Below the pieces are notes generated by a model, which searched no databases, had not been told where the DNA came from, and worked only from the letters and a program-made list of their open reading frames with translations. Made by a program: the position numbers and the translations under genes. DNA of 64,000 bases from Candidatus Latescibacterota bacterium (GTDB lineage Bacteria > Latescibacterota > UBA2968), in the NCBI GenBank assembly GCA_965207885.1, contig OZ242311.1:4672001-4736000 (forward strand). Reading direction: 5' to 3'. This document shows positions 38,027-49,732 of this stretch, one piece after another (position 1 is the stretch's first letter; every line of letters starts with the position of its first letter).

Positions 38027-41000
38027 TCAATCTGCGGCGGTGTGGCGATATGGGGTTGTCGATTCAATTTTGGGCGCGCCAAACCATCGCCAGATAAGGC
38101 TGATTAGAACAGGTACAACGATCAGTGTGAGGGCAGTGGCAAATGCGAGACCAAAGATGACAGCTACGCCCATTGGCCCCCACCATTGACTGCTGCGTCC
38201 CCCAATTTCCCATGAAAAGGAAAGAAAGTCAAAACTGATACCCGTGGCAAGGGGCAACAGACCCAGAATGGTGGTTATGGCTGTGAGAATGACGGGGCGA
38301 AATCTCACGACGCCTGCGCGTATGATTGCCTCGCGCGCTGAAAGGCCGCGCTGGCGCAATTGCAGGGTATAGCCAATTAGAACAATGGCGTTGTTGACCA
38401 CCACGCCTGCGAGGCTGATCACGCCGATGCCGGTCATGAGAATACCAAAGGGGGTGCCGGTGACAATCAGGCCGATTAGTACGCCAATCATAGACAAAAT
38501 GACGGATGTGAGAATGGTAAAGGGCAGGGCCAGAGAATTGAATTGCGTAATAAGAATGAGCGCAATGCCCGCCAATGCTACGAGCAGAGCTTTAGAAAGA
38601 AAGGCGGTGGCTTTTTGTTGTTCTTCAGTTTCACCGGAATAGGCGATCTGATAGCCCGGTGGCAGGGGAAAATTGGATAGGGCTGCTTGTACATCGCGCA
38701 TGGCTGCATCAGATGTGCGGTCTTGCACTTTGCCTTCGATGGAGATCACGCGTTTGAGATCCTTGCGCCGAATGCTGCCAAATCCTCCGCCCGTTTCTAT
38801 GCGTGCAACCGCGCTTATGGGCGTGATTTTGCCATCTTTTTCAATGGTGATGCGTTCGAGGTCGGCGAGGGTGTTGCGCTTGTCGGATTTGAATCTCACG
38901 CGAATATCGTATTCGTCTTCGCCCAGTCGATATTCGGATGCTTCTGAGCCGTAAACAGCCGAGCGCACCGTAGCGGCAATCAGGCGCGTATTGAGGCCCG
39001 CTATTGCAGCGGCTTCTCGATCTACGACGATGCGGACTTCGGGACGCCCCCGGTCGTAGTCATCTTTGAGATCGACAACGCCGGGCACTTCGGCCACGAT
39101 GCGTTTGATGCGTGCGGATAGTTGACCCAAAATTTCGAAATTTTCGCCGGATACCTCAACGCTGATGGGCGGGCCTACAGGTGGACCGCCGCGTTCTTGA
39201 GACAGTTCGATTTCAGCGCCGGTCAGATTTTTGAGTTTATTGCGAATTTCCTCAATGGTCTTAAAAGAGGATTGCTGCCGAAGGCTTTCATCGACAAAAT
39301 CAACGGAAATGCGACTGGCATTTGAAATGCCTTCGCCAGACGCAAATTCATCGCCGCCCGAGACACCTACGTTGGCGACATAGGTTTCAACATCGGGAAT
39401 ATCGGAGAGAACGGATTCGATTTGGCGCGCCAGTTGATCCGATGTTTCGAGGTTTGTGCCAGATGGGGCACGCACGTCTATATAGGCTGTATTGGGTTCA
39501 ATTTCGGGAAAAAATTCGATGCCCCGGCCTGTGAAATAGTACGCCACAATGACGAGGATGAGTGTGCTCGCTGCAAGAGAGAGGGTTATTCCCGGGTAAT
39601 TGAGTGCCAGTTCGAGGCGACGCTGATAGGCGTTGAGGCTGCGCTGAAGGCGGGGTGATGTTTCTTCGACCGTTCCGCGCACTGTCATGAAAGATGCACA
39701 AAATGTGGGATTGAGGACGAGGCCCACAAAGAGGGACGAAGACAGGGTTATGATCAGAGTTATGGGCAAATATTTCATAAATTCGCCCATAATGCCGGGC
39801 CAGACAATCATGGGTGCAAAAGCACATAATGTCGTCAGTGTTGAGGTGATCACAGGCCATGCAACTTCTCCCGTGCCTTCCAACGCTCCCTGGATGGGAG
39901 ATTGGCCTTCTTGCCGATGGCGATAGATGTTTTCGACAATGACGATGGCGTTATCGACGAGCATGCCGAGTGCGAGGATCAGGCTAAACAAAACGATCAT
40001 ATTGAGCGTGATGCCCATAATGGAGATAATGACAAAAGCAATGAGCATAGAGAGGGGAATGGCGATACCGACAAAAAAGGCATTGCGGAGGCCCAAAAAA
40101 AAGAGGAGTACCAGAATGACGAGGATGAGGCCGGATACGATATTGTTTTCGAGGTCTTTGACCATCATGCGAATGTCTTCGGACTGGTCGCCCAAAATGG
40201 TGATTTGTGTGCCTGCGGGAAGGGTGGGTTTCAATTCGTCGAGTGCGCTTTTAATCTGATCGGCGATGGCAATCAGATTTTCACCGCTGCGTTTGACAAT
40301 TTCGAGACTCACACTGGGTTTGTGGTTGAGGCGGGCGTAATTTGTGCGGTCCTTAAAGCCATATACGACATCGGCAACATCGCGAATATAGATCGGGCGA
40401 CCTTGCGAGGCTTTGATGAGGAGGTCGCCAATTTGAGGAACGGTTTCAAGTTCGCCGGGTACGCGTACGGCGTATTTGTATGCGCCCATATCCACACTGC
40501 CGCCGGGAAGGGTCAAATTTTCGCGTTGAATCGCTTCTATTACATCCTGGATGGCGAGTTTGTAGGCGATGAGGCGGTCGGGATCGACATCGACTTTGAC
40601 TTCGTGTTCAAGACCACCCACCACGCGGACTTCGAGAATGCCGGGAATGGTTTCGATATGATCGGCGAAGTCTTCGGCAATTTCTTTGAGCCGAATAAGT
40701 CCATAATCTCCTGACAATGCGACGATCATCATGGGGATATTGGAAAAGTTGACTTCGAGGACCAAGGGGTCTTCTGCATCATCGGGTAATTCTGATTTGG
40801 CGAGATCGACCTTGTCTTTGACGCGCTGAAGGGCATTGTCAATGTCGGCATTGGGATTAAATTCGACTGTGATTGACGAAGCACCTTCGACCGAACTCGA
40901 ACGGATTACTTTGACGTTTTCAATGGATTGAAGTTCTTTTTCCAGGGGTCGGGTGATGAGGTTTTCAACATCTTGGGGCGAGGCGCCGATATACGGCGTG

Positions 41001-41143
41001 TTGACGATGATAAGGGGTATGGTAATATCTGGCGCAGCTTCGCGGGGAAGCGACAGATAAGCCGAGATGCCCGATATGATCAGGATGCCGACAAAGACGT
41101 AAACGGTGATGCGATGTTTGAGCGCGTACGCGGTGATGGTCAT
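38027..41143 (-). CDS. RND efflux permease (AcrB/AcrD/AcrF family)
   Basis: 1038 aa; LGMLVDNAIVIVENI, GVVVNNAIVL, RFRPVILT. Confidence 0.95.
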   Translation of the reverse strand: MTITAYALKHRITVYVFVGILIISGISAYLSLPREAAPDITIPLIIVNTPYIGASPQDVENLITRPLEKELQSIENVKVIRSSSVEGASSITVEFNPNADIDNALQRVKDKVDLAKSELPDDAEDPLVLEVNFSNIPMMIVALSGDYGLIRLKEIAEDFADHIETIPGILEVRVVGGLEHEVKVDVDPDRLIAYKLAIQDVIEAIQRENLTLPGGSVDMGAYKYAVRVPGELETVPQIGDLLIKASQGRPIYIRDVADVVYGFKDRTNYARLNHKPSVSLEIVKRSGENLIAIADQIKSALDELKPTLPAGTQITILGDQSEDIRMMVKDLENNIVSGLILVILVLLFFLGLRNAFFVGIAIPLSMLIAFVIISIMGITLNMIVLFSLILALGMLVDNAIVIVENIYRHRQEGQSPIQGALEGTGEVAWPVITSTLTTLCAFAPMIVWPGIMGEFMKYLPITLIITLSSSLFVGLVLNPTFCASFMTVRGTVEETSPRLQRSLNAYQRRLELALNYPGITLSLAASTLILVIVAYYFTGRGIEFFPEIEPNTAYIDVRAPSGTNLETSDQLARQIESVLSDIPDVETYVANVGVSGGDEFASGEGISNASRISVDFVDESLRQQSSFKTIEEIRNKLKNLTGAEIELSQERGGPPVGPPISVEVSGENFEILGQLSARIKRIVAEVPGVVDLKDDYDRGRPEVRIVVDREAAAIAGLNTRLIAATVRSAVYGSEASEYRLGEDEYDIRVRFKSDKRNTLADLERITIEKDGKITPISAVARIETGGGFGSIRRKDLKRVISIEGKVQDRTSDAAMRDVQAALSNFPLPPGYQIAYSGETEEQQKATAFLSKALLVALAGIALILITQFNSLALPFTILTSVILSMIGVLIGLIVTGTPFGILMTGIGVISLAGVVVNNAIVLIGYTLQLRQRGLSAREAIIRAGVVRFRPVILTAITTILGLLPLATGISFDFLSFSWEIGGRSSQWWGPMGVAVIFGLAFATALTLIVVPVLISLIWRWFGAPKIESTTPYRHTAAD

Positions 41144-42189
41144 GGGAGGGGTTCCGCATATTTTATTGCCACGCGGTCACCATCAATGAGGTCTCGCCCG
41201 CCTTTGACGATGATCTGATCGCCAAAGGCAAGCCCCTTTTGGACGACGACGCGCTCGGCTTCTGATGGCCCCAGGCTGAGCGGACGCAAAAGTGCCTTGT
41301 TGTTTTTCACGACAAAGGCCACGGGCCCGGTTTCGCGTTCGATAATGGCTTCGCGGGGAATGACAACGACATGTCGGTGAATGCGGCGCGTGGCTTTCAG
41401 CGTGCCGATCATGCCGGGACGGATATGCCCTGTTGGATTGGGCAGGTGGATTTCAATGGGGAAAACCCTCTGGTCTGTATCTGCTGCCGGGCCAACATGG
41501 GCGATTGTGCCCTCATAAGTCTGGTTCGGTAGCGCGTCGAGGGCGAGGGTGACGAGACTGCCTTCGGCAAAGTCGATGATTTCGCTCTCGGATACCCAGG
41601 CCGCAACGCGCAGGCTATCCGTTTGTACGAGGCGATATGTTGCGTCATCTCGCGCGATATGTTGCCCCTGTGAGATGTATCGCTTTGCGATATGGCCCGA
41701 AAAAGGCGCTTGTATCCGCCCATAAGAGAGTCGATGCTTTAAGGTCTGCGCCGTTGATCTGGCTTTTTGGAATTCGTATTCTGTGGCAAAATACGCCTGT
41801 TCGGAAATCGATCCTTCAGAGAAAAGTTGTTTGCTGCGCTCGTAATTGTAGGCTTGAAATTTGAGATTGGCCTCGGCTTCGATCAATGCGGCCTGCAGAA
41901 GTTCCATGTTGAGTTGCGCGAGAGCCTCTCCGTGGTTGACGTAATCGCCTACATCTTTGTACGTGCCGATGACCTCACCTGATTCGAGCGCATTAATGGT
42001 CACATCGCGCCAGGCTTTTACTGTGGCAGACAGCCTGCTGTACTGGATGAGCGAATCGGGTTTGAGCACAAATGTAGATACATTGGTGGTGCGCTCTAAT
42101 GGCATTTCTTTTTGTGCCGAAGATTCGTCGCCGCAGCCCAGATTGATCGCGATCAAAAGACAGGGTATCAAAAGCCTGTACAAATTCAT
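41140..42189 (-). CDS. RND membrane-fusion (periplasmic adaptor) lipoprotein
   Basis: NLGC lipobox-like; IQAPFSG, IRPGM, VIPREAI. Confidence 0.92.
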   Translation of the reverse strand: MNLYRLLIPCLLIAINLGCGDESSAQKEMPLERTTNVSTFVLKPDSLIQYSRLSATVKAWRDVTINALESGEVIGTYKDVGDYVNHGEALAQLNMELLQAALIEAEANLKFQAYNYERSKQLFSEGSISEQAYFATEYEFQKARSTAQTLKHRLSYGRIQAPFSGHIAKRYISQGQHIARDDATYRLVQTDSLRVAAWVSESEIIDFAEGSLVTLALDALPNQTYEGTIAHVGPAADTDQRVFPIEIHLPNPTGHIRPGMIGTLKATRRIHRHVVVIPREAIIERETGPVAFVVKNNKALLRPLSLGPSEAERVVVQKGLAFGDQIIVKGGRDLIDGDRVAIKYAEPLP

Positions 42190-43541
42190 GGTTTATTCTC
42201 CTCACCCAAAATGCCCGCACTGAGTTCTAAATGCACGAGGGCGACCGCAAGGTCTCGTTTTGCGCGCGCGAGTTCGGCTTCGGCGCGTTGTAAAGTGAGT
42301 TGTCCATCTATGACTTCGATTTGGGTGCCAACGCCATTTTCATAACGCGATTCCGCGATTTCCAGGCCCCGACGAGCGAGATCCGCAGCCTGTATTTGCG
42401 CGCTTTTTCTGGCGCGAATTTCGAGAAAAGTGCGCCACGCCTGCAGGATGTTGAAACGTATGTCGCGCTCGGTTTGTTTTTGCATCAGTTCGGCTTGCCG
42501 CGTGTCTGTGCGGGCCTGTGCAACCTGTGCATTTGTGCGAAAGCCATCGAAAATGGGAATGTTGATGGCGATGCCCGAAAACCAGCTCTGATGAAAATCG
42601 TCTTTTACAAAATCAAATTCGTTTTTTTGAGCCTGCCACTGTCCATTGACAATTAAATCTATGGTTGGGCGGGATTCTGATTGGGCAATGGTCTCTGCAT
42701 GCTGGAGCATTTCGACCTCGAGGGAGTACTGACGTACAATGGGATGCATTTGCATTGAGAGGTCAATCAGGTCTGTCTCGGTGATAGTCGATAAAAGGTG
42801 GGATTTTTCGCGGAAAGTCCCACGAGGTATAATGGGTTCGTTGGGGGCAATGCCGATCTGGTTTTTGAACGCGAGGTCTGCCAATACACGCGCATTTTCC
42901 GTGCGTATGGAGTCTGTTAGCAATTCGGCGACCTGTACCTGTGCGCGCAGCAAGTCATAGTCTGATACGCGCCCTGCCTCGCGCAGTTTTTCGACGCGCT
43001 TGAAATTTGCACGCGCACGCGCCACAGAAGATTTGCTGACGCGCGCGAGTTCTCCAGCCAATAGCAGGTCGTAAAAAGCCGTTTCGACCCGGGTGTGTAA
43101 TTGCTGCTTTGCAGCGCGCATCTTTTCCATTGAAAATTGTCGAAACAGACGCGCGGCGCGCATGGCAGAAAAAGATTTGCCCCCGCCCCAAACTGATTGT
43201 CGGATGCCAACTGTGCCGATGAGGTTGTTGTGCGCGCCTACGGTGAATTGTTGCTGGCCTGCCGGCGTTTCAAAGAAAAAGGTGGGCAGCAACCAGTTGC
43301 GCGTGTACTGTATGGTGATATCGAGTTGGGGGAGAACATCGGCTACTGCATGGCGAACCCGTTGACGTGATTTTTCCAGATCTTCGCGCGCTATTAGCAG
43401 GTCTTCATTGTGCGATAGCGCGTGCTGCAAACTCTCTTCGAGTGTAATAGACCGGGAATAGGCTCTGGGGAGCGCGAAAAAAAAGCACAGAGGGCCGATG
43501 ATACACAGCCATCGGCAAAGAGATATATAGTCCATCGACAT
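42186..43541 (-). CDS. TolC-family outer-membrane efflux protein
   Basis: LPQLD, IPIFDG, RYENGVGTQIEV repeats; operon with MFP and RND. Confidence 0.9.
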   Translation of the reverse strand: MSMDYISLCRWLCIIGPLCFFFALPRAYSRSITLEESLQHALSHNEDLLIAREDLEKSRQRVRHAVADVLPQLDITIQYTRNWLLPTFFFETPAGQQQFTVGAHNNLIGTVGIRQSVWGGGKSFSAMRAARLFRQFSMEKMRAAKQQLHTRVETAFYDLLLAGELARVSKSSVARARANFKRVEKLREAGRVSDYDLLRAQVQVAELLTDSIRTENARVLADLAFKNQIGIAPNEPIIPRGTFREKSHLLSTITETDLIDLSMQMHPIVRQYSLEVEMLQHAETIAQSESRPTIDLIVNGQWQAQKNEFDFVKDDFHQSWFSGIAINIPIFDGFRTNAQVAQARTDTRQAELMQKQTERDIRFNILQAWRTFLEIRARKSAQIQAADLARRGLEIAESRYENGVGTQIEVIDGQLTLQRAEAELARAKRDLAVALVHLELSAGILGEENKP

Positions 43542-43619
43542 TTGGAGGGCGTTAAATTTAGGTCGAGATGTTATTTATCTGAAAATCTACAGGGTTTTGC
43601 CATGTGATGTCAAGGCGTT

Positions 43620-44492
43620 TCACAAACTGATACGGCAGACGCTGTCCAATAGTGCCAATGACTGAACAGTTTCTGCGACATCGTGAACCCTTACAATGTG
43701 AACGCCTGCGACTGCGCCCAATGCAATTGCAGAAATGCTGCCCGGCAGGCGCTCCTGGGGGTGGCTTTGAGGTGCGGTAAATTGCTTGCGAGATGCCCCC
43801 ATGAGAAGGGGGTATCCCAACGTGTGAAATTCGGATAGTCGCGCGAGTATCTCGATATTATGCGCGTATTTTTTGCCGAAACCGAGCCCGGGATCAATCA
43901 CAATCTGAGATTGGGAAATGCCCATCGCTTCTGCGCTGTTGATTTGTGCGCTTAAAAAATCGAGAATATCGGACACAACATCGTCGTACACGGGGTTCTG
44001 CTGCATGGTTGAGGGCGTTCCTTGCATGTGCATAAGGACAACAGCAACTCCCGTTTCTGCGATCAGGGGCACCATGCCAGGGTCAAAACGCAGGGCACTG
44101 ATGTCGTTGACAATGGTTGCGCCGTTGTCTATGGCCTGTCGAGCGACCTCGGCTTTGGTCGTGTCTATGGAGATGGGCACGTTGAGTTGTGGGGCAATGG
44201 CCTCAATAATGGGAATGGTGCGATTCAGTTCTTCTTTTAGCGAGACGACGGGTGCCCCTTTGCCATAAGGCCCGGCTGGGCGGGATGATTCACCCCCTAT
44301 ATCGATCATGTCGGCGCCGGCTTCAACCAGTGCCAATGCCCGCTCAACTGCTTTGCGCGGTTCAAAATAAAGGCCGCCGTCTGAGAAAGAGTCTGGCGTG
44401 ACATTGAGAACGCCCATCACGAGTGTTCGATGACCCAATTGAAGGGGCGTGCCGCAGCATGAAAGCTGGTAAACAGGGCGCGGGTGTTTCAT
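43620..44492 (-). CDS. folP: Dihydropteroate synthase
   Basis: MGVLNVTPDSFSDGG, IDIGGESSRP, SIDT, DPGLGFGK, SRK, RVHDV. Confidence 0.97.
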   Translation of the reverse strand: MKHPRPVYQLSCCGTPLQLGHRTLVMGVLNVTPDSFSDGGLYFEPRKAVERALALVEAGADMIDIGGESSRPAGPYGKGAPVVSLKEELNRTIPIIEAIAPQLNVPISIDTTKAEVARQAIDNGATIVNDISALRFDPGMVPLIAETGVAVVLMHMQGTPSTMQQNPVYDDVVSDILDFLSAQINSAEAMGISQSQIVIDPGLGFGKKYAHNIEILARLSEFHTLGYPLLMGASRKQFTAPQSHPQERLPGSISAIALGAVAGVHIVRVHDVAETVQSLALLDSVCRISL

Positions 44493-44505
44493 GGGTGAGG
44501 TGTAC

Positions 44506-44541
44506 AAAAAAAAAGAGATGGCAACCGCCATCTCTTTTTTT
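44506..44541. terminator. Intrinsic terminator after ftsH
   Basis: A9-GAGATGGC-AACC-GCCATCTC-T7. Confidence 0.8.
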
Positions 44542-46666
44542 AGTCATCCGATGGCTGTTTTTCTGGTTCAGAGGTGTGTTGTTCCGATGTTTGGTCTTCC
44601 CGATCTTCTTTCGATTCTTCTGGCTGTTTTGCGGGCTCGACTGGTTTTTCGAGTGTTTTGCCTTCTAATAACTGGTTGAGCTGTACATCGTCAAGAGTTT
44701 CAAATTCCAGCAGTGCTTTGGCGAGGATGTGGACTTTGTCGATGTTATCACTGAGCAATTGTTCGGCGCGGGATTCGGCTTTGATTACGAAGTTTTTGAT
44801 TTCCTCGTCGATCATTTCGGCCACTCTGTCGCTGTGGTCTCGACGTTGCGCCATTTCGCGGCCAAGGAATATTTCATCGTTTTGTTGCCCGTAAGCAATG
44901 GGTCCGAGTTTTGGACTCATGCCCCAATCGCAAACCATCTGCCGGGCGAGATTGGTGGCCATGCGGTAGTCTTGCTGCCCGCCTGTTGTGATTTCGCCAA
45001 AAACGAGTTTTTCGGCAATTCTTCCCCCCAATGCGTAAGCGAGAACCGCTTCACAATAACTCTGGGGATAGGTGTGACGCTCGTCGATGGGCAGGGTGTG
45101 TGTGACACCGAGAGCACGCCCACGAGGAATGATGGTCACTTTGTGGAGGGGATCGCTTTCCGGAATGAGTTTGGCAACCAGCGCGTGACCGATTTCGTGA
45201 TAGGACGTGAGGCGCTTTTCTTTGTCGGAGATGACAAGGCTGCGTCGCTCTGCACCCATCATGACTTTGTCTTTGGCATCTTCAAAGTCGTTCATAGTTA
45301 CGCGATCTCGATTATTTCTGGAAGCCAGAAGTGCGGCTTCGTTGACCAGATTGGCGAGGTCTGCGCCTGCCAGTCCGGGCGTTCCGCGCGCCAGCACCTG
45401 TAAGTTGACATCGTCGGAGAGGGGTGTGTTGCGGGTGTGGACTTTCAAAATGCCTTCGCGCCCCCTGACATCGGGACGATCTACCACGACCTGGCGGTCG
45501 AAGCGCCCGGGGCGCAACAGGGCGGGATCGAGCACGTCGGGACGGTTGGTAGCTGCGATGAGGATGAGGCCCTCTTTGGATTCAAAACCATCCATTTCAA
45601 CGAGGAGTTGATTGAGGGTTTGCTCGCGTTCGTCGTGACCGCCTCCAATACCTGCGCCTCGGTGCCGCCCCACAGCATCTATTTCGTCGATAAAGATGAT
45701 GCACGGGGCGTGATTTTTCCCCTGTTCAAAGAGATCGCGCACGCGCGAGGCACCCACGCCGACGAACATTTCGACAAAATCTGAGCCGCTCATTAAAAAG
45801 AATGGAACATCCGCTTCGCCTGCGACAGCGCGTGCCATGTGCGTTTTGCCCGTGCCGGGGGGACCAACCAGGAGTACGCCTTTGGGGATGCGTCCACCCA
45901 GACGTTGAAATTTGCGCGGATCCTTAAGGAATTCGATGATTTCCTGCAGTTCTTGCTTGGCTTCTTCGGCACCTGCAACGTCTTTGAATGTGATTTTGGC
46001 TTTGTCTTCAGAGATGAGCTTTGCCTTGCTTTTTCCAAAGCTGAACGCGCCTTTGGGACCGCCTTGCATCTGGCGCAAAATGAAAAGCCAAAGCCCTATG
46101 AACAGTATCCAGGGCAAAAAATTAAAAAATATGTTGAGCCAGTTGGAGGGCTTTTGAAAGCGAAAGTCAACGCCGTATTTGAGCCATTCTTCGCGGGTCT
46201 GGGCATCTACGACGCCAAGGTCAACGACAAAATCGCGAAAGGTGTGTTGTTGTCTTCGCCCCGGTGGGGTAAGTTCTTCTGCGACGAGGTGGCCGTGAAA
46301 TTCGTTATCAATAATGATCGCGCTCTGGATTTTTCCCTCTTCGAGGAGCATTTTGTACTCTTTGTAGCTGAGCACGACATCGCTGGAAGGGTCGCTGCCA
46401 AAAAATTTGGAAGCAAAGATGGCAACCAGGACAAAAAATATCCAGAAAGCCAGTGGTTTTGAGATGTGCCGCCAGGGCCGCTTGCCATTCTCCGAAGCCC
46501 CATTGCGATCAGCGTTATCCCGATTGAGCACTGACAAGTTGGGGCGCCGCTCTTTTTTTTCTTCAGGCGCCTCATCTTCAGGCTGTGTGGGAGCACGATC
46601 AGGCGTCTCGTCGGATGACTGTGTTTCTTCATCCGGTTTCGAGTCCCTGTCTTTGGGGTCGGTCAT
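44540..46666 (-). CDS. ftsH: ATP-dependent zinc metalloprotease FtsH
   Basis: Two TM helices, [26 protein letters not shown]. Confidence 0.98.
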   Translation of the reverse strand: MTDPKDRDSKPDEETQSSDETPDRAPTQPEDEAPEEKKERRPNLSVLNRDNADRNGASENGKRPWRHISKPLAFWIFFVLVAIFASKFFGSDPSSDVVLSYKEYKMLLEEGKIQSAIIIDNEFHGHLVAEELTPPGRRQQHTFRDFVVDLGVVDAQTREEWLKYGVDFRFQKPSNWLNIFFNFLPWILFIGLWLFILRQMQGGPKGAFSFGKSKAKLISEDKAKITFKDVAGAEEAKQELQEIIEFLKDPRKFQRLGGRIPKGVLLVGPPGTGKTHMARAVAGEADVPFFLMSGSDFVEMFVGVGASRVRDLFEQGKNHAPCIIFIDEIDAVGRHRGAGIGGGHDEREQTLNQLLVEMDGFESKEGLILIAATNRPDVLDPALLRPGRFDRQVVVDRPDVRGREGILKVHTRNTPLSDDVNLQVLARGTPGLAGADLANLVNEAALLASRNNRDRVTMNDFEDAKDKVMMGAERRSLVISDKEKRLTSYHEIGHALVAKLIPESDPLHKVTIIPRGRALGVTHTLPIDERHTYPQSYCEAVLAYALGGRIAEKLVFGEITTGGQQDYRMATNLARQMVCDWGMSPKLGPIAYGQQNDEIFLGREMAQRRDHSDRVAEMIDEEIKNFVIKAESRAEQLLSDNIDKVHILAKALLEFETLDDVQLNQLLEGKTLEKPVEPAKQPEESKEDREDQTSEQHTSEPEKQPSDD

Positions 46667-48090
46667 AAATGCCTCTTTTCGCATTGTGTGATCATGCTAC
46701 TATAGGTTGCTTTGAGCACGCGCCGGGTATCTGGTGTAATAGGTGCGATCTGTGAACGCCGAAGTCCAACGACCCACAGAATGGTCGCACCACTCACCAG
46801 CAGTGGTATTTCACCGCGCAATGGGCGGGGTATTTTGCTGTCGCCGAATAATCTGCTGACTTTTTTTTTCCCCTGCATGCCAAAAGGGTGAAACCAGTCG
46901 CCCGGCCTGGGTGAACGGAGATACAACGCCCGGTTGGGAAGTTGATCCAGGTCAAAAAAGACGGTGTGTTTCGCTGTCTTTGAACTGCTGTAGCAGTTGT
47001 ACACCTGCTCCTGGTTGACCCGGTTTAATATTTTTATTGAGAATTTGCCGTTGATATCGAGCGGCACATCGGGTTCCACCAAAAAGCAGTAAGCTCGGGC
47101 GAGTTGGGTTATAATGAGTGTGTCATGCGTGCGATAAGCTGAGATTTCTGGTGTTATTTGAACGCTGTTTCCAGGAGTGGAAGAAATGTCGAGAATGCGT
47201 TCAACAACCTGGAAACGCGCGGCTTCGGCACTGGCCTGGAGAGCAAAGAGCACCTTTCGAATCAGGCGACGCCGAAGTGATATATGATAACCGAAAAATC
47301 GCTTAACATCAAGGATAAATTTTCGACTATCGCTGTATAGGAGGGTTTCTGAAAGTGCCTGTTCCGCAATGTTTTCGAGGTGTGCATCGTCATTCTGTAG
47401 CAGGGTTGCCGAGCGTGAAAGGATGTCTTCAATTTGGGGATTATATGCCTTTTGCAGGTGGGGTATCAGGTCTGTGCGAATGCGATTGCGCAAAAATTTT
47501 GGATCGCTATTTGTTTCATCGCGCAGCACCTGCAAATTGCGAGTGCGTACATAAGATTCAATTTCCGGTCTGGAAATTGAGAGCAAAGGACGAATCCAAC
47601 ACGCTTCTGAAATTGGACGGATACCCCCCAATCCGGTGAGTCCTGAACCGCGAACAAGTCGGAACAGAACGGTTTCTGCCTGATCGCTTTTTGTATGGCC
47701 AAGCGCGATCCGATTTGCGCCGGTTTTTTGTTTTACGGCGTCGAGAAATGCCCGTCGTGCATCGCGCGCTGCTTCTTCGAGAGATTGCTTTTTATTTTTT
47801 GCCCGCTGCACAACATCTTCCTTTCCGATATAGACGGGATAGTTGCGGGCGATCTGTTTGACAAACGCGGCATCGCTTTCGGCATTGGGGCGAAGTTGAT
47901 GATTGAGATGCGCGATATAAAGTGTGAGGTCCCATTTTGCTTTGAGGCGGTGGAGCAGATCGAATAAGGTGACGGAGTCGGGACCACCAGACAGGGCTAC
48001 GACCACTCCATCACTTGGTGTGAGGAGGCGTTCTTGTTGGATATAGGCTTCAACGCGATGTAGAATATCCGGGGACATGCCGAGTTCCAT
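46663..48090 (-). CDS. tilS: tRNA(Ile)-lysidine synthetase
   Basis: [34 protein letters not shown]. Confidence 0.96.
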   Translation of the reverse strand: MELGMSPDILHRVEAYIQQERLLTPSDGVVVALSGGPDSVTLFDLLHRLKAKWDLTLYIAHLNHQLRPNAESDAAFVKQIARNYPVYIGKEDVVQRAKNKKQSLEEAARDARRAFLDAVKQKTGANRIALGHTKSDQAETVLFRLVRGSGLTGLGGIRPISEACWIRPLLSISRPEIESYVRTRNLQVLRDETNSDPKFLRNRIRTDLIPHLQKAYNPQIEDILSRSATLLQNDDAHLENIAEQALSETLLYSDSRKFILDVKRFFGYHISLRRRLIRKVLFALQASAEAARFQVVERILDISSTPGNSVQITPEISAYRTHDTLIITQLARAYCFLVEPDVPLDINGKFSIKILNRVNQEQVYNCYSSSKTAKHTVFFDLDQLPNRALYLRSPRPGDWFHPFGMQGKKKVSRLFGDSKIPRPLRGEIPLLVSGATILWVVGLRRSQIAPITPDTRRVLKATYSSMITQCEKRHL

Positions 48091-48196
48091 TTTGCAAGTG
48101 TTTAGACGCGCAAATAGCGTCTGAAGTTTCTCGTATCACTTATGGGAAATATAAAAAAAACGGCTGTGAATTTACAGCCGATTTATACGCTTGTGA

Positions 48197-49732
48197 CTAA
48201 AAGTAGGTATTGAGGCGCATTTCCACGCCTTTGAAGGGGAGTACCAGATAGCAGGTCCCCGATGTGCAGGCGGTACCTCCCCGTCGTTCGCCCACAAAGA
48301 GGACGGCGTCGTAATGCGTGCCAAACCGCGCATTGAGGTTGAGAGACACGAAGGTGCGACTGCCCGTTTCGATATCGAAAGTTTCTGGGCGGTCAACTTC
48401 AAAAGGGTCGGTTGTGTGATCGACGACAAGGGCTGCGCCAAAACCGCGCGCGTGTTGTGCGGAGAGCGCGCCATAAGTATTGGAGAAATACGGGTCGTTT
48501 TCAAAATGGACGGCGCGTTGATACTGGAGGTCGAGGCCGAGGGTTTGGCCGTGGGCAGTTGTGGTTTCAAAAATCGCGCCGCCCGTGCGGTGGCTGTCGA
48601 TGCTTTCGAGGTCGTCTTTGCCCCAGTTAAAAAAGAAGGTGGCGGTCAGGTTGTCAAATTTGTACAGATCAAAAGAGAGATGTCTTTCTTCAAAAAAGGT
48701 CTGTATAGTCTCGGACAAGTCATTACGCGCGTGGCTGATATTGACCGTGAAATTGCCCAACCCCAGTTGCGTATAAGTACCTTCTATCTGGTAGCCTTTT
48801 TCGGTGGCGAGCTGCAGTACATGTGTGTTTTTGTTGAGCAAAAAGGCAGTGTGTTCGCGGATGAGAGATGGAGGGTCATTGAAGTGGAGGTGCATGTTGT
48901 AGTAATCTTTGTATTCGACACTCAATCCCAGATTGTTCCAGCCCATATTGCCCGATAAGTAGAGGGCGGTTCCTTTTTCGTCGTCTTCGCGTCGCGCGTA
49001 TTCGCCTTCGCGTTGCGCGTATTCGCCGTAGAAGCTGCCGTAGAGACCGGCTTTTTGCAGGATATTAGAAAGGTCGAGATCGGCAAAACCAGACCAGGCC
49101 CAATTTTTGTCGATGAGGGAATCTCTGGGGGTGATGTAGATGCCCGTGCTGCCAATTTTGAGGTTGGGATTGAGTCTGACGGCGAGTTCGCCTCCTGTGG
49201 CCCAATCTCCGCGACGGGAAATACTGCGTGGCGGGGTGCCGGATTTGGCGCCTGGGGGAATATCGCTGAGTGCTGATCGACCGATGAGCGCTCTGGCTTC
49301 TACGCGATTGCCAGTCCACGAGGCTGTCGCGCCTTCGAGGTCCTGAGCCGGGGCATAGCGCAGGCGATAAATGGGGCTTTCGAGCACGACGCCGGGCAGT
49401 TCAAATGCGCGAAGTGTGAGGCCCCGTCCGAGAATTGCGTAGTAATTGCCGATTTCCACATTTGCAGCACCATGGTTCCACCGTGCGTATTTTTGCGTGA
49501 TTTGATACGTTTCGCGGTCCGCCCCCCAGGTGTTATAAACTTCTGCTCTTAAACCGACCTGCAATCCCTTTTGCGTAATGTCGAGATTCAACTGGTTGTA
49601 GGCGGTAGAGATGGCTGTGGAGTCAGATCCCGGTACTTCACCGCGTTGCATTTCCGTCAATCCCGTGATGGTAATTTGTGCAGAAATGGGGGCTGAGAAG
49701 AGCAGGACGAGGAGCAGGCTACTTGCTTTCAT
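48197..49732 (-). CDS. Putative outer-membrane beta-barrel protein with C-terminal CxxGxC (DUF6029-like)
   Basis: Signal peptide, GNYYAILGRGL, SVEYKDY, C-terminal RRGGTACTSGTCYLVLPFKG, terminal Phe. Confidence 0.6.
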   Translation of the reverse strand: MKASSLLLVLLFSAPISAQITITGLTEMQRGEVPGSDSTAISTAYNQLNLDITQKGLQVGLRAEVYNTWGADRETYQITQKYARWNHGAANVEIGNYYAILGRGLTLRAFELPGVVLESPIYRLRYAPAQDLEGATASWTGNRVEARALIGRSALSDIPPGAKSGTPPRSISRRGDWATGGELAVRLNPNLKIGSTGIYITPRDSLIDKNWAWSGFADLDLSNILQKAGLYGSFYGEYAQREGEYARREDDEKGTALYLSGNMGWNNLGLSVEYKDYYNMHLHFNDPPSLIREHTAFLLNKNTHVLQLATEKGYQIEGTYTQLGLGNFTVNISHARNDLSETIQTFFEERHLSFDLYKFDNLTATFFFNWGKDDLESIDSHRTGGAIFETTTAHGQTLGLDLQYQRAVHFENDPYFSNTYGALSAQHARGFGAALVVDHTTDPFEVDRPETFDIETGSRTFVSLNLNARFGTHYDAVLFVGERRGGTACTSGTCYLVLPFKGVEMRLNTYF